A DNA stretch of 64,000 nucleotides from Neoconidiobolus thromboides FSU 785 (lineage: Eukaryota > Fungi > Entomophthoromycota), in assembly GCA_025603075.1 (NCBI GenBank), contig MU626368.1, positions 1 to 64,000 on the forward strand, read 5' to 3'. A program made the position numbers and the translations under genes. Under the pieces are notes generated by a model. It had not been told where the DNA came from. It saw only the letters and a list, made by a program, of their open reading frames with translations, and made no database searches. Every line of letters begins with the position of its first letter. Position 1 is the first letter of the stretch. Positions 24,978 through 37,974 of the stretch are shown here, one piece after another.

Positions 24978-26307
24978 ACATCATTATTTAATTTATCCTT
25001 TTTTTAATAATAACACTAAAGGATTAAGATACCATACATTTTTTAAATAATAGCATTAAAATATATCATCATTTTATAAACCTCTATTATATAGATCATA
25101 ATTGTTTATCAAAGGCAGTAGAGGCTGTTTCTTATATATATTGAGTTTTTATAGCAAATAGAAACAAGATTAAATCGATTAAATGAAGACCTGAGTTTAC
25201 AGCTTATGTCAAAACAAATGATAATGATAACTATGAATTTTACTATCCTTTAAATGAAAATTTATTATCCTTATTATAAAAGGGCAGTTATTATACTGAA
25301 AAGAAAAAATTCTTCTCACATTCTAAAAAACCTAGTTGAAAAGGGCAAAATCATGAAGGGTAAATACTATTTTAATATTAAATTATAAAAATCTTGAAAC
25401 ATTATTTCACTATTGATGACTTTTAATGATCTAACTAGGCTGCTAATATTTTCATTAAACCTGTAGTAAACTAGTATTGTTAAAAAAATATTGAAATTCT
25501 CCTTATTTTTTTATTTTTTATTTCGATGTTACAAATTATGATAGCTTCAATCATTCCTAAAGCATAGAAAACCTTTATACAAAAATAAAAATTCTTTTAT
25601 ATAAATATAATTCCAATCTCTTTGAAAGCGCTAAAATACAAACGTCTTACATCCATTGAGCATGTGTATCTTTTTCTTAATCAACAGTTATTCAGTGAAT
25701 CGATTTTATGCTCACCTTGACTTATTTATCTTTTTAATCACATTAATATAGCATTCATAAGGAAGAAACCATTAAGTACTTAGATAAATACTATTAAATA
25801 ATTCTAAATGTAGAAATGGGCACTTGAATTTCGTATTTATTGAGTTTAATCATAAAGGTTTTTTCTATTTTTGTATTAAGAAAGGGTAAAGTCTAATTCC
25901 TGTCATACGTTTAGAGTTGTTTAGCAGTATATCAAATAAACCAATAAAAAACTTCAACAGTACAACTATATAATAGTTTTAAGGGATAATATAAGGAAAG
26001 ACCTGATGATAATATGTAGTGGGTCAGGTTTAAGATATCAAGTCATTTGCTAAAAGTAATGCCAATTATTACTTTTTTGATTTAAGCGTGAATTATGTAC
26101 TTTTAATTTTGCATGTACTGAATGAACTGTAGTGTCCTTTTTCTATATTATGTCCAATAAGTACAAAGATAAAAATGCCCATTCTACATTAAAACTGAAA
26201 CAGTAGTATTAATTCGATTTTTAAATGAAATAGGTTAGTTTTGAATTTGACATTCTAATTTAGCCCGAAATTTCTACAAATTTATCAAAATTGATTTACT
26301 TTTTGTT

Positions 26308-26315
26308 TGACGTCA
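26308..26315. promoter_or_regulatory. Palindromic CRE/ATF site TGACGTCA about 100 bp upstream of the alpha-mannosidase ATG
   Basis: Exact 8-bp consensus in an AT-rich promoter; function untested. Confidence 0.4.
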
Positions 26316-26417
26316 TGGCAAATTGAATTAGTTAATATAAATGAAACCATTCAAAAAAAGTATAAAAGGGGCATTAAGTCTTTAACAATGAAATAAAAAA
26401 ATCAAAAATCCTGAACT

Positions 26418-29400
26418 ATGGGAACTCAAAATGAAGTTGGGATAGGGAAAATGCAAAAGCATTATGGAATCACAAAATCACGTTTGGATTTATTTCTAAA
26501 AGATGGGGATCAATTTACTGATGTAAGTTTAATACCCTCTTTGTATCGTGCAAAAGCATCTGGTAGAAACTTTATACAATTAAAACATTATGCTGTGCCC
26601 GATCTAAAACGTATTCCCTTTTCGGAAGCCATTAAAAATAAATTTGAAGATATCGATGTTTGGTATACTTTTCGTCCAAGTTGGGTAAGATAATTTAGTA
26701 TTCCTATTTTATTGTTTTGTTAACTAGTATTTTGACTATTTAGTCTACTCATTGGGTAAAAGTAAGAGCTCAAGTACCAAGAGAATGGGTTAATTTAGAA
26801 GTTCAATTCCGCTGGAATTCAGATTCTGAAGTATTAATTTATTCCATCGATGGTGAACCTATTCAAGCTTTAACTGGCGAAGGTGGCGGAAATCAAAGAC
26901 TTGAATATGTGTTAACTGAATCCTGTAAAGGTGGTGAAATATATGAATTTTATTTAGAAGTAGCTTGTAATGGATTATTTGGTACTGGTCCTTACTTAAT
27001 TGGACCACCAGAAGAAAGGGAGTATCCGGTAAGAATGGCCGAGTTAGCTTCACCTAATAAATTAGCTTTTGATCTGTTTTATGATTTTCAAATTATAAGA
27101 GATATGGCTAAGAAGCTTCCAGATAGATCCTCTCGTAATGAAAGGGCCTTATACGTTGCCAATAAGATAGTTAATTTATATCAAAGGGGCGGTAATACTG
27201 AAAATAGCTTAAAAAAATGTCTTGAAGTCTCTAAAGAATTTTTAAGTTATAAAGGGCCACCTAAAAACCATACTTTAGTTGCAGTTGGTCATTGTCATAT
27301 TGATACAGCTTGGCTTTGGCCCTATGATGAAACGAAACGTAAAGTGGCTAGATCATGGTCAACTCAAATTCAACTAATGGATAAAAACCCAGACTTTACT
27401 TTTGTTTGTTCACAAGCTCAACAATTTGAATGGCTAAAACAATATTATCCAACTTTATTTAAAAGAGTACAAGATAAAGCAGCCAAAAAGCAATTCTTAC
27501 CAATTGGTGGTACTTGGGTTGAAATGGATTGTAATATGCCATCTGGAGAATCTTTTTGTCGTCAATTTTTGTTAGGTCAACGATTTTATGAACAAAATTT
27601 TGGTAAAAGATCTAGAGTCTTTTGGTTACCTGATACTTTTGGTTATTCTGCCCAATTACCTCAAATTATTAAGGAAGCTAAATTAGATTATTTTTTTACT
27701 CAAAAGTTAAGTTGGAATAATATCGATAAATTCCCACATACTACTTTCTTTTGGAAAGGTATTGATGGTACTAGAGTATTAGCTCATATGGCACCTGGTG
27801 AAACTTATTCTGCTCAATGCAATGTCGATGAAATTTTATTTTCTGAATCCAATAACAAAGATAAAATGATTGTTAATCAAGGTTTATTCTTATATGGTAA
27901 TGGGGATGGTGGAGGTGGTCCATTGCCTTCAATGATTGAAAGATTAAATCGGGTTAAAGATGTTGAAGGCTTACCTAAAGTGAAAATGGGAAGTGCCTTA
28001 GAATTTTATGATGAAATTTCTCAATTGAAAGAAATTAATGATTTGCCTGAATGGGATGGTGAACTTTATTTAGAATTACATCGTGGTACTTATACTTCTC
28101 ATGCTATTATTAAAAAATATAATAGGTCTTCTGAATTTTTATTAAGAGATGTAGAATTATTATGGACAATAGCAAGGGTTAAAAAAAATGCTACTTATCC
28201 AAGAGATAGAATTACTCATCTTTGGAAACTGGTTTGTTTGAACCAATTCCATGATGTGTTACCTGGTTCTTCGATTGCTATGGTTTATGATGATGCTATT
28301 AAATTTTATCAAGAAATTGAAAAGAAAGGAAATGAACTTATTAGTGAAGCTAATAAGATTTTATCTAATAATTCAATTACTCCAAATACTTCTGAATATA
28401 AAATATTTAATCCATCTTCATGGGCTCGTTCAGAAGTTATTAGTATTCCAGTTGGTGATTTAAGTTCAGTTAAACAAGGTATGCAATTATCAAAAGATAT
28501 GAGACATTGTTATACTATTGTAAATGAAGCTAAACCTTTATCATTATCTAATGCTAATTTACATACGTTTGAGCAAATTAATGAATCTGGAGTCAATTTA
28601 AGCATTTCACCAGATACTGGTGCGTATTCAATAAGAAACAATTATATTGCTGTAACTATTGATGCTACAGGTAGAATTGTAAGTTTATACGATCGCTCAC
28701 GTAATAGAGAATTAATGGAAGAAGGCAAATTTGGAAATATTTTTAAAATCTATGATGATGTACCTTTATTTTGGGATGCTTGGGATGTTGAGGTTTATCA
28801 TTTAGAAAAATTTGAAATTTGTAAAGCCCATAATGTAACTATTTATGAACAAGGTCCATTAGTTGTTTCTATTTTGGCTGAATATAATTTAACAGAGACT
28901 TCTAAAATGAAACAAATTATTAAATTAAATGCTACTTCTAAAATGGTAGAAATTGAAAATGAAGTAGATTGGGATGAAAATCGTAAATTCTTAAAGGTAG
29001 AATTTAATACCAATTTAAGATCAGATCATGCTATTTATGAAACTCAATTTGGTGTTATACGTCGACCAACTAATTTTAATACTAGTTGGGAATTAGCCAA
29101 ATTTGAAGTATGTTCGCACAAATTTGCTACATTACAGGAGACCGGTTATGGATTATCAGTTATTAATGATAGTAAATATGGATTTGCAACTCACGGTTCA
29201 ACAATGAGACTATCTTTATTACGCAGTCCAAAATCACCTGATCCAAACTGTGATATTGGTAATCATAAGTTTAGATTTGGCTTATATCCTCATGTCGGCT
29301 CTTTTGCTGATGCTAATGTACCAAAACTAGCTCATGCTTTTAATTCTCCATTAAAATTACAATCAATTGGATTAGAAGCTTCAGTTGCTGATAGTCCACA

Positions 29401-29692
29401 ATTGTTCCAACTTAACCCAAGTCAAGAAGATGTCATTGACAGTGTTATTTTAGAAACAATCAAAGTAAGTGAAGATAATAACAACTCCGTTATTGTTCGT
29501 TTGTACGAATCTTCAGGTGCTCATTGTAATCCAATACTTAATATTAATTTCCCAATTTCGGCAGCTTACCTTTCGAATATCTTGGAAGATGATGTACAAG
29601 CTTTAACTCCAATTAATGGTCCAAATAATTCTAAAGCATTGAAACTTTCATTTAAACCATTCCAAATTGTTACTTTAAAATTCAAACTTTGA
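26418..29692 (+). CDS. AMS1: GH38 vacuolar/cytosolic alpha-mannosidase; exons 26418-26684 and 26744-29692, 1071 aa
   Basis: GHCHIDTAWLWP, WLPDTFGYS, GNGDGGGGP, LYLELHRGTYT, NQFHDVLPGS, WDAWDV. Confidence 0.96.
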
Positions 29693-30167
29693 ATTTTTTA
29701 AATAAATATTGTATTGTATTATTTATTGATTTTAATTTTATAAGTTATAGTTCAATTATTTATCGAAATTTTATAAGTATCTTTGTTTAATAATGTAAAA
29801 TCAAGTGAGAGCGAAAAGAAAGCTCTATTATGCCTTTTGAAATCCACCCAGAAGGATTTTAAGAGCTTATAGCCTGGAGTAGATTTAATGTTGTTTGGGA
29901 TATTATAGTCTATAGGAAATAAGGTATAAAACTTTAATGGGAAAGGTTTTTAAAAGTTATAAAATTTTCTTTTATCCTATATTAGAGATGAAGACTATGT
30001 TTACATTATTAGCTTATTGTTTAAAAAAAGACAAAATATTTACAACTGTTAACTTATAGGAAAATTTATAAAATCTATTATGTTATAGAAACATTAATAA
30101 AAAGACTTTGACACCTATATAAGTGGAATCAATTTGCTCTAATATATCTTTTTTTGTAACGATAATT

Positions 30168-30254
30168 GGGGGTATACTTAAGAATTTTTATTAACAATCT
30201 TCCTGCTCAAATAGTGCTTAAAAAATGAAAGAAGTGAAGTCAAATAAACGCTCC
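30168..30254 (-). mobile_element. MITE-like repeat copy E
   Basis: Contains aaatagtgcttaaaaaatgaaag, the reverse complement of the family core; GGGGG...CTCC termini flanked by AATT/AATT. Confidence 0.6.
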
Positions 30255-30329
30255 AATTGCAAAATAAAATAGGAGTTCCCTAATGATAAGATAATTTTTT
30301 AGCTAATACCAATGGGTTACCAGAGAGTT

Positions 30330-31014
30330 AATTAAAATTAGCATTGGTGTATTTCTTGGGAGAGCGATAGTATGCCATTACTTCATCATAATAATTAGAT
30401 ACAAGTTTATAATAAAGAGGGAAGCAAGAAACACGAGGCTCAATAGACTGCTATAAATTATTAAAATAATCCTTTGTTTGTTCAGAGTTATTGATTCCAG
30501 GATATACTTTATTGCAACAATACTGTAAACTAGTGATATTAACTTTAATTAATTTGATATTTTAAATACTCGTTTAAATGGAATTTTAGTACTTTGATAT
30601 ATAAAACCAAGGGATTGATTTAACATCCTTCTTTATCTTTCTTATTAGTAAAACCGACTATAATTTGTTTATATATCTCATGGATAGAATGCGTACTCCA
30701 AATGAGATTAGAAGATTCTAAATATTTCACAAATTGAAGCCAATTATCATTTCTACATCAATTTTGGATCTTATAAAAGTCATAACAAATATAAAATGGA
30801 CGATCGTCTATAATTTTTTTTAAAAATAATGTTTACAACCTCTTAATAATTGCTATCATGTTAGAACAATTTATGCAGTACCATCCTTTTGAAAATCGAT
30901 TCCATTGAGTTGATGAATCGGTGTTAGAGATTTAGAGGCTATTGTTGTTGAATGTTTCAATATTCTGCATTTTATGCATTTAATAGTTTGTGAGGGTCCT
31001 TTTGGAATAATCAT
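30330..31014 (-). pseudogene. Probable decayed coding sequence of unknown family
   Basis: Long sense-codon runs broken by stops and a frame change (IDDRPFYICYDFYKIQN*CRNDNWLQFVKYLE...; VNITSLQYCCNKVYPG...L*QSIEPRVSCFPLYYK...). No family recognised. Confidence 0.35.
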
Positions 31015-31191
31015 ATTCCTAATTTTTTTTTATTGAGAGATTTAAAATATAATTTTGAAATTTGATATAAATACAAAGTTTGATGTTCCAAGGAATTAAA
31101 TTTGACAAAAAAGGAATATTTCATTTTTGGAAATATATATTTTTATAATTTAGTAATGTTTTCTGATAAATGCTACTTTATATGTTCATAG

Positions 31192-31611
31192 GACCTTAAA
31201 GATCGGGAAAAAATAAAGTCAGATATAGAGCATTCTATTAAGTTTTGTGATTCAATATATCAAGAAGAAGTATTGCTTTATTATGTAAACGATCCTAAAT
31301 CTATTAGCCAAAATAAAAGAATACACGTTAAAGATATGGAGTCAAAAGGTGGAAAACACATTGTTATCTATATCGGTAAAGAAGAAACATCCGGTAATCG
31401 ATTGTTACAAGTGATTGGTCATTTTCTAAATAAAAATGATGAAATTGATGAGATCCAATTTAAATGTCATTTCGGTAAACTGTGATTAATAGAAGGCGGA
31501 AGTAAGAGATTTGATCAAGAAGAGGAGTTTGGATTTATTAAAGATAGTATATTTAGTGATAAACATGACGACTATTTATGTATTCATAGTGATTCATGGA
31601 TTAAAAAATAA
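31192..31611 (+). pseudogene. Orphan reading frame with one internal TGA (31483-31485); upstream exon not resolved
   Basis: After a ttcatag acceptor, 97 sense codons, then TGA, then 41 more sense codons (..FGKL*LIEGGSKRFDQEEEFGFIKD..WIKK*). Confidence 0.4.
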
Positions 31612-32034
31612 AAAAAATCTAAAGTGTAGTGTCTTGCTTTTATAAATACTTTACTTATAACTTTAGAATTAGATGTTTAATCTTTTATTTATCTCTTAAT
31701 TTTACAATATTTATAACCACATATATATAAAGTATAGAAAAATAAGTAAATAGGAATGGTAAAATATAGTACAAGAAAGTATTGATTTGAGGTAATTAAA
31801 AAAATCGGTTTGATAAGCGTAAAGTTCGTAGATATACAGTAAAAACAGCTCAATTTGCTATTGTATATAATTTTGTAACTAAGCGATGTATCCAAAATAT
31901 TTTGATGAAATATGATGTCTCGAGATCTATAAAACAAAAGAACTACGCTACATAACAAAAATTGGAAAGATTTATTAAACAAGCCACAAGCCATAATTTT
32001 ATATAACAAACTTTTGTTCCTGAAATAAAACTTA

Positions 32035-33621
32035 CTACTCCATAAATGAATTACATTGGCAAATGGTAGCCCTTAATCCAAAAGATAAGAAAGATCCAAG
32101 TGCTAAGCCCATAGTTAATGAGAACGCCATAACATTACCAACATGAGATATCAATTCTGGATTTTCTACAAGTGAAGGTGCTAATACCATAGAACCCGAT
32201 CCCAAATAACCAGAAGATACAGCGAATATAAAGATAAAAAAGAAATAAAGGGAGTCATTATTAAATAAATGGTACAGTTTTGAATTTAACACTTCGTTCC
32301 CAAGATCGATATTGTTTGTTAAAAATAAAAAGAAGAAGATAAATCTTAATAAACTTAATAATAAGATTATATAACTTCTTTTAGGTCGTAATATATTTAC
32401 CCCTAAAATCAATCGACCTACTAAATCACCTACGTTGTAAACTACAAAATGAATGGATACAAATAAGGACTTATAAACCAAACTGGAATCCGGTTGTGAG
32501 GTTTTGATAGCGGCTGTTATTGAAGGAAATATGGATAAGGTTACTAAGAACACTAACATCACTGATATGGCTAATATCCAAACTTTTTTAAAAGCAATTG
32601 ACATTGCTTTTAGTTTTGTTCTTAAGCTGCTTTTATTTAAAGCCATGGTGCCTTCTTCATTGCTTCCTTTTAAGTAGTAATGTTGGTATATAGAAACCTA
32701 GTGTTTTTAATATATAAATAAATGAGGTAATATTTTACTTTTAATTTGGTTACTTACCTTTGGCAATAGCAGCAATGAAATTATATTTATAATTGAGATT
32801 GTCAAAGCCACTCCAAAATAAACCTTTCCTCTTTCAATCACGGAATCTGGGCTAACATTTGGGTTATTTAACCCAGTATAAGAAATAATTAATTGAAATA
32901 AAGCTACTGCAACCCCTCCAATAGCTAAAAATGGTTAAGTTTTTAAATCAAATATTATATTTAAGTTCTACCTTGGCCACTAAAAGACTAAATTAATTCA
33001 ACTTTTATTAAAAACAATATATTACCTCATAACCCCTTGTATATAAATTGGTGGGAATATGGAAGCTAAACCATAAACATCCGTAATCGCGAATACGCCT
33101 GCTACACCATAAAGGATTAATGGAATCATAGTTAAACCAAACATTGTGTTTGGACCTAAATTTAGAAATGGAAAGGTTAATAGGAAAGCAAATAAAACGG
33201 AAGTTGTGATGAGATTAATTAGTATTCTATTGAAAAGAAAGCCCTAGTTTATGAATAATGAGTTTGACTAGATAGATTTCATGTATTGATTTACTTTTCT
33301 TTGAGTGACGATCGCTGGAACTAAAAAGATGAGTTGTACTGCCATAAAGATGACTGAAAAATAATTTTGAAAGTTATTGTTGTAATTGGAACCAGTGTAT
33401 ATATATTTGAAAAAATCAGAGGCTGTGATCAATACTATAAATTAAAATAAGTATGCTTGATTTTAGAAATTAAAAATCCAAATACCATTCCAGGGTAACA
33501 CGGTGCCCAATCCCTGAAGGAAAAAGATGATGTAGAGAGAAACTTTTGATATTATATCGCTCTTTTTGTAATTTACACTATCTAGCTCCACATCTATGCC
33601 ATCCATTTTTTCTTGCTTCAT
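32035..33621 (-). CDS. Equilibrative nucleoside transporter (ENT/Fun26-like), multi-exon
   Basis: FFLQGLGTVLPWN at the N-terminus; VTLSIFPSIT, VYNVGDLVGR, FAVSSGYLGS, LTMGLALGS. Confidence 0.9.
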
Positions 33622-33999
33622 TTTGAAATATGTAGTTAAGTTATAAAAATGAAAAATTTAAAATGGTTGTCGCTTATTAATGGTAGCTGCTATATTATAT
33701 TATTCTTTTTTTTCATTCTATGTTTTAGAATTTTAATTGGATTACTTTGATTAATTCAGGGAAGATTTGTAACACAAATTATTAAGTTAAATAATTGATT
33801 GGCCAGGGCTAAATTCTAATATTACTATTTCAGTAAAATTAATGATAAGTTGTTAGTGTTAAATTAATTGTTTAGTAATTGAATGGTAATGTATTAAAAT
33901 ATATACATTTCTAGTTAAATCACAGTATTATCAAAAAAATTATATGGCTATAAATGAGAATCTATAGAGATAGTACGACATTACCCATATGTAAATCTG

Positions 34000-34038
34000 T
34001 AGTATAATCTATAGTATAATCTATAGTATAATCCATAG
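34000..34038. repeat. Three tandem copies of a 12-bp unit (TAGTATAATCTA) in the ENT/HEM14 divergent intergenic region
   Basis: tagtataatcta tagtataatcta tagtataatcca tag read directly. Confidence 0.8.
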
Positions 34039-34295
34039 TTTTTAAACACATGAAGCCTTAAGTGAAATGGTTAATCTGTAATTTGATTACAAAATTTAAT
34101 AAAATCCCCTTTCAACAATAGCACTGCACTGCCTTTTTCAAAAATAATTTTCTCTTTAAAATTTAATTTCATAAATGATATAGACAATGTTAATGAGTTC
34201 AAAATACCCCCCATTAGATCATCTCTAATATTTTATACAACCAATAAAACCAACTTTTAATTCACAAAAGATCGATTTATCATTTTATCAATAAA

Positions 34296-35841
34296 ATGAG
34301 TAAAAAAATAGTCGTGTTAGGTGGGGGAATAAGTGGATTAACGACAGCATATAAGCTGCTAAGAAAAAACAAAGATTTAGTAATTACATTATTAGAGAAA
34401 TCAAATAGAGCTGGAGGTTGGCTAGAGTCAAAAAAACTCAACTCAGTAGTATTTGAATGTGGTCCACGTTCTTTAAGGCCTCAAGGATTACCTGGGCTAG
34501 CTACTTTAAACTTGGTAAAGATTTATTGAATAATGTTTAAAGTTGAGCATCGATTAAAGTTCCATTATTTAGGTTCATCAACTCCAGTTAACAGATAGTA
34601 TATTGCCAGTTGATAAAAAAGAACCAGCATCAAAAAATCGATTCATTTACTATCAAAATAAGCTACATCAGTTACCTAGTAGTATTGTGGGTATGCTCAC
34701 GGATAAGTCCCCTTTATTGAAAGGATTGATGTCAGCAGTGATTAAAGAAATATTTCAAAAAAAAGTAGAGAAAGATGAAAGTATCGAAGAGTTTATAACA
34801 CGTAGGTTTAACAAAGACATTGCTAATAACTTAATCTCAGCTATGGTACATGGCATCTATGCAGGGGATACTAAAGATTTGAGTATTACGAATACTTTTA
34901 AAATTCTGAAAGATTATGAGTTGAAATACGGTTCTATTGTATTGGGTATTCTTAATGATATGGTAAGTTCAGGCCAAACAGAGATAGATAATAAATTATT
35001 ACAATTAAAAGAGAAAGATGATAGATTATTTAATATTTACAAATCTTGTTCAATGTATTCTTTTGATGGTGGTATTGAACAGCTGTCCATAAAATTATTA
35101 AGAGAGTTAAATAATTTTAAAGGTTTTAGTATAGCTTATAACAGTAATATAAACGACATTAATATAAATGATCAAGAATGTAAGATAAAGCTGAATGATA
35201 ACATTATCAAAGCAGATCATATTATAAGTTGCATACCAAGCGATAAATTATATAGTTTATTAAAAAACGATGATTTGAGTGAATTAACTTATAACCCAAG
35301 TAGCAATGTAGCCGTAGTAAATATGTTGTTTAAAAATAACGTGATGCCATTCCACGGGTTTGGATACCTTGTACCAAAGAGTGTACCAGATAGCGATGCT
35401 ATAGGCGTAGTATATGATTCTTGCCCCTTTCCCTCCCTCTCGGAAAATAAAACCAATATTACCCTTATGATGGGTGGACCCAACTTTAAGGATAGATTTG
35501 GAGATAAACCTACAAAGGAACTTGTATTTTCTAAAGCTAAGCAAGTGATTAAGGATCAATTGAATATCACTGATACTCCAAATCAGCACAACATTACTTT
35601 ACAGTATAATTGTATTCCTCAGTATCAGGTTGACCACCATTTAAGAATGAAAAGCTTAAGTGGTAAAATAGCATCCAAATATTCCAATAAATTATTTCTG
35701 TTAGGTGCATCTTATAATGGGGTAGCTATTAATGATTGTGTTTTATATGCCAATCAGTTGGTAGAAGGGTTGTTTAAAGATGGAATTTTAAGTAATAATA
35801 ATACCAAAGCAGTCTATACAGGATTAGAAAAATTTTATTAA
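34296..35841 (+). CDS. HEM14: Protoporphyrinogen oxidase, 2 exons (intron 34515-34572)
   Basis: VLGGGISGL FAD motif, FECGPRSLRP, HGIYAGD, FGYLVP, CIPQYQVDH, GASYNGVAINDC. Confidence 0.93.
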
Positions 35842-36334
35842 GTTAATAAAAAATTGATTTAATTTATAAGGTGATATAAATTTAATTTTCATGTGTATGA
35901 AAAACGCTTTATATACTATACAGGTTTATTATAACTATTTTATAAGACTTGAGTCTTATCCTTTTTAGCTCGGATTTAAGTTAGAGATTTTGGTTCCTAG
36001 AAGCCATTTGATATTTAATTGCATACTAATGAATTTATATAAAAGATAGTATAAGCATTTATTATACTATTTTATGAAGTCTCTAAAGAAAAGTTCAATC
36101 ATGGTACTAATATACTGTTAAATAAAAGCTATAAAAACAAGCTTTGCGCATTATCACGTATTTAAGTATCTCTTGAAACTTAATATATAGAACTATTAAC
36201 TTAAACAAGGTAATACTAATGTGATAATTTAAATATACAATTTTAACGTGTTAATGTAAACCAAGTCACAAATTGATAGATTAATAAAATAAAACTTACA
36301 TCCTAAAACAATTTCAAAGTCTCAAAACCATAAT

Positions 36335-37023
36335 TTAATGTTTAAAAATATTAAAACTAGAGAATGTAGTACTAAACCCAGTTTCGGATTGTGGAGAAGC
36401 GGTCATTAAACCAACCTTCAAAGCTTGATTTGCATCTGGTAAAAAGCAAGTAATTTTACGTGCCATTACCCAAGGTAATTCTTCAGGGTTACCATCATCT
36501 ATTTGGGAGTCAAAATAATAATCAATTAATACCTTGCTGCTCTTCTTTTCTACCCTTAATGTGATACCATCTCTCTGTTTACCTTCCTTATATAAGTTGG
36601 TAGGTACTACTGACCAATCACTGTATGGGGTTGTGAGTACAGAGCTAATAAGTTTTCATTAGTTAAATTTTGATATTTCGATTTCACAAAATTTCAATTA
36701 TTCCATTAATATAATAAAAATACTACCTACCTAACATATTGTCTATCATTAATCATTTCAATACCAGCCTTAAGCCAATGGTCATCATTTAAATAAATCA
36801 TCAAACCAGCTTGATCATATTGGGAATGGTATTCACCGATAAAGTGAACTTGGGCTACAAAGTCTCCAGTAATTTCTTCATAGCCAAAACTACCATCTAA
36901 TACTCTACGTGTTGGTGTAATCCAGAAATCACTCTTAGCTCTGCTAGTTAGCTTTAAGGTATCACCACCATCATTGATCTCTGCCTTCTCTGAGTTTTGT
37001 TTGAGCCATTTGAGTTGATACAT
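36335..37023 (-). CDS. DUF1349 / Ree1-like concanavalin-A-fold protein; exons 37023-36731 and 36644-36335, 200 aa (the frame is also open upstream to 37182)
   Basis: KSDFW, YDQAGLMIYLNDDHWLKAGIE, SSVLTTPYSDWS, VGLMTASP...GFSTTFSSFNI. Confidence 0.85.
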
Positions 37024-37974
37024 TGTTGCTCGACTTTCTTTTATTATTATTTTATTGTTTATTGATTTTAACTTTGATTTTATATGTCTAAAAATCAGTT
37101 GGTTTTGATTTTGATTTAATTTTGATGTGTTGGCAAAATCAAGGGTGATGTCATTTTCGCGGAAATATAGTTCATAGTTCATATTTTATTGGAGAGATGT
37201 TGATATTAGAATATTCTTTTGAGTATTATTAAGCCTTCTAGTAAGGTTGATGGTTTAATGGTGTTGTTAATTTGTATTACTTTAAAGGGTCAAAATCATG
37301 TATTTAATTTTAGCATTTTATAATATAAATATTTTGTATTAGTCTATGTATATTAAATATACAATAAGCTGTGTAATTATATGAAATACTTGCTTAAATC
37401 AAGAAATTAAATAGACAAAAGTATAAATGGTTAAAGGTATCATATTTTTAGAACATAAACAATGGTTGACAAGTTATTGTCTGAGTTTTTAACTTTGATA
37501 TTATTTTTCATTAAAAAAGTTGAATGTTTAATTTAAATTTATGTAAGCTATAGACAAGTATATTATCATCCTATATACTTACTTGATCATGAACTACTTT
37601 GTGTTTTTAACCTATTAATATAATTTCAATTAAAACCGTTTATTCATGTTTGTTAATCGATTGTCTTGTAATCAAAATATTGTAATGCATTTTTTCTTAT
37701 AATTTGTCCACTTTAGGCAACACGTTTTAACAAAAAACATGCCTATAAGCTTAAAATGTGAATATAAACTCTGATTGGACTATCACAAAACGCGATTTTT
37801 CGAGTACAGTAGTTATCCAATAAAAATAGCCATAGGACCAGACCAATGACAACTTGTTCTGTTTACACAACATTGGAAGTTTGATGACTAGCCAATTATA
37901 AAATTTGTTGACAACTTTTTATTCCATCAAACTCAAAATTCTAACTTTCCATTTTAAAAATTCAAAGTTATAAA

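Noticed and set aside
31689-32009. 106-aa minus-strand ORF downstream of the ENT gene
   Set aside because: Low-complexity F/Y/I/L composition typical of AT-rich non-coding DNA; no motifs.
37024-37182. 53-aa N-terminal extension of the DUF1349 protein in the ORF track
   Set aside because: Low-complexity N/Q/I/K sequence; the family-like sequence starts near the ATG at 37023, so it is probably 5' UTR or promoter, though not excluded.
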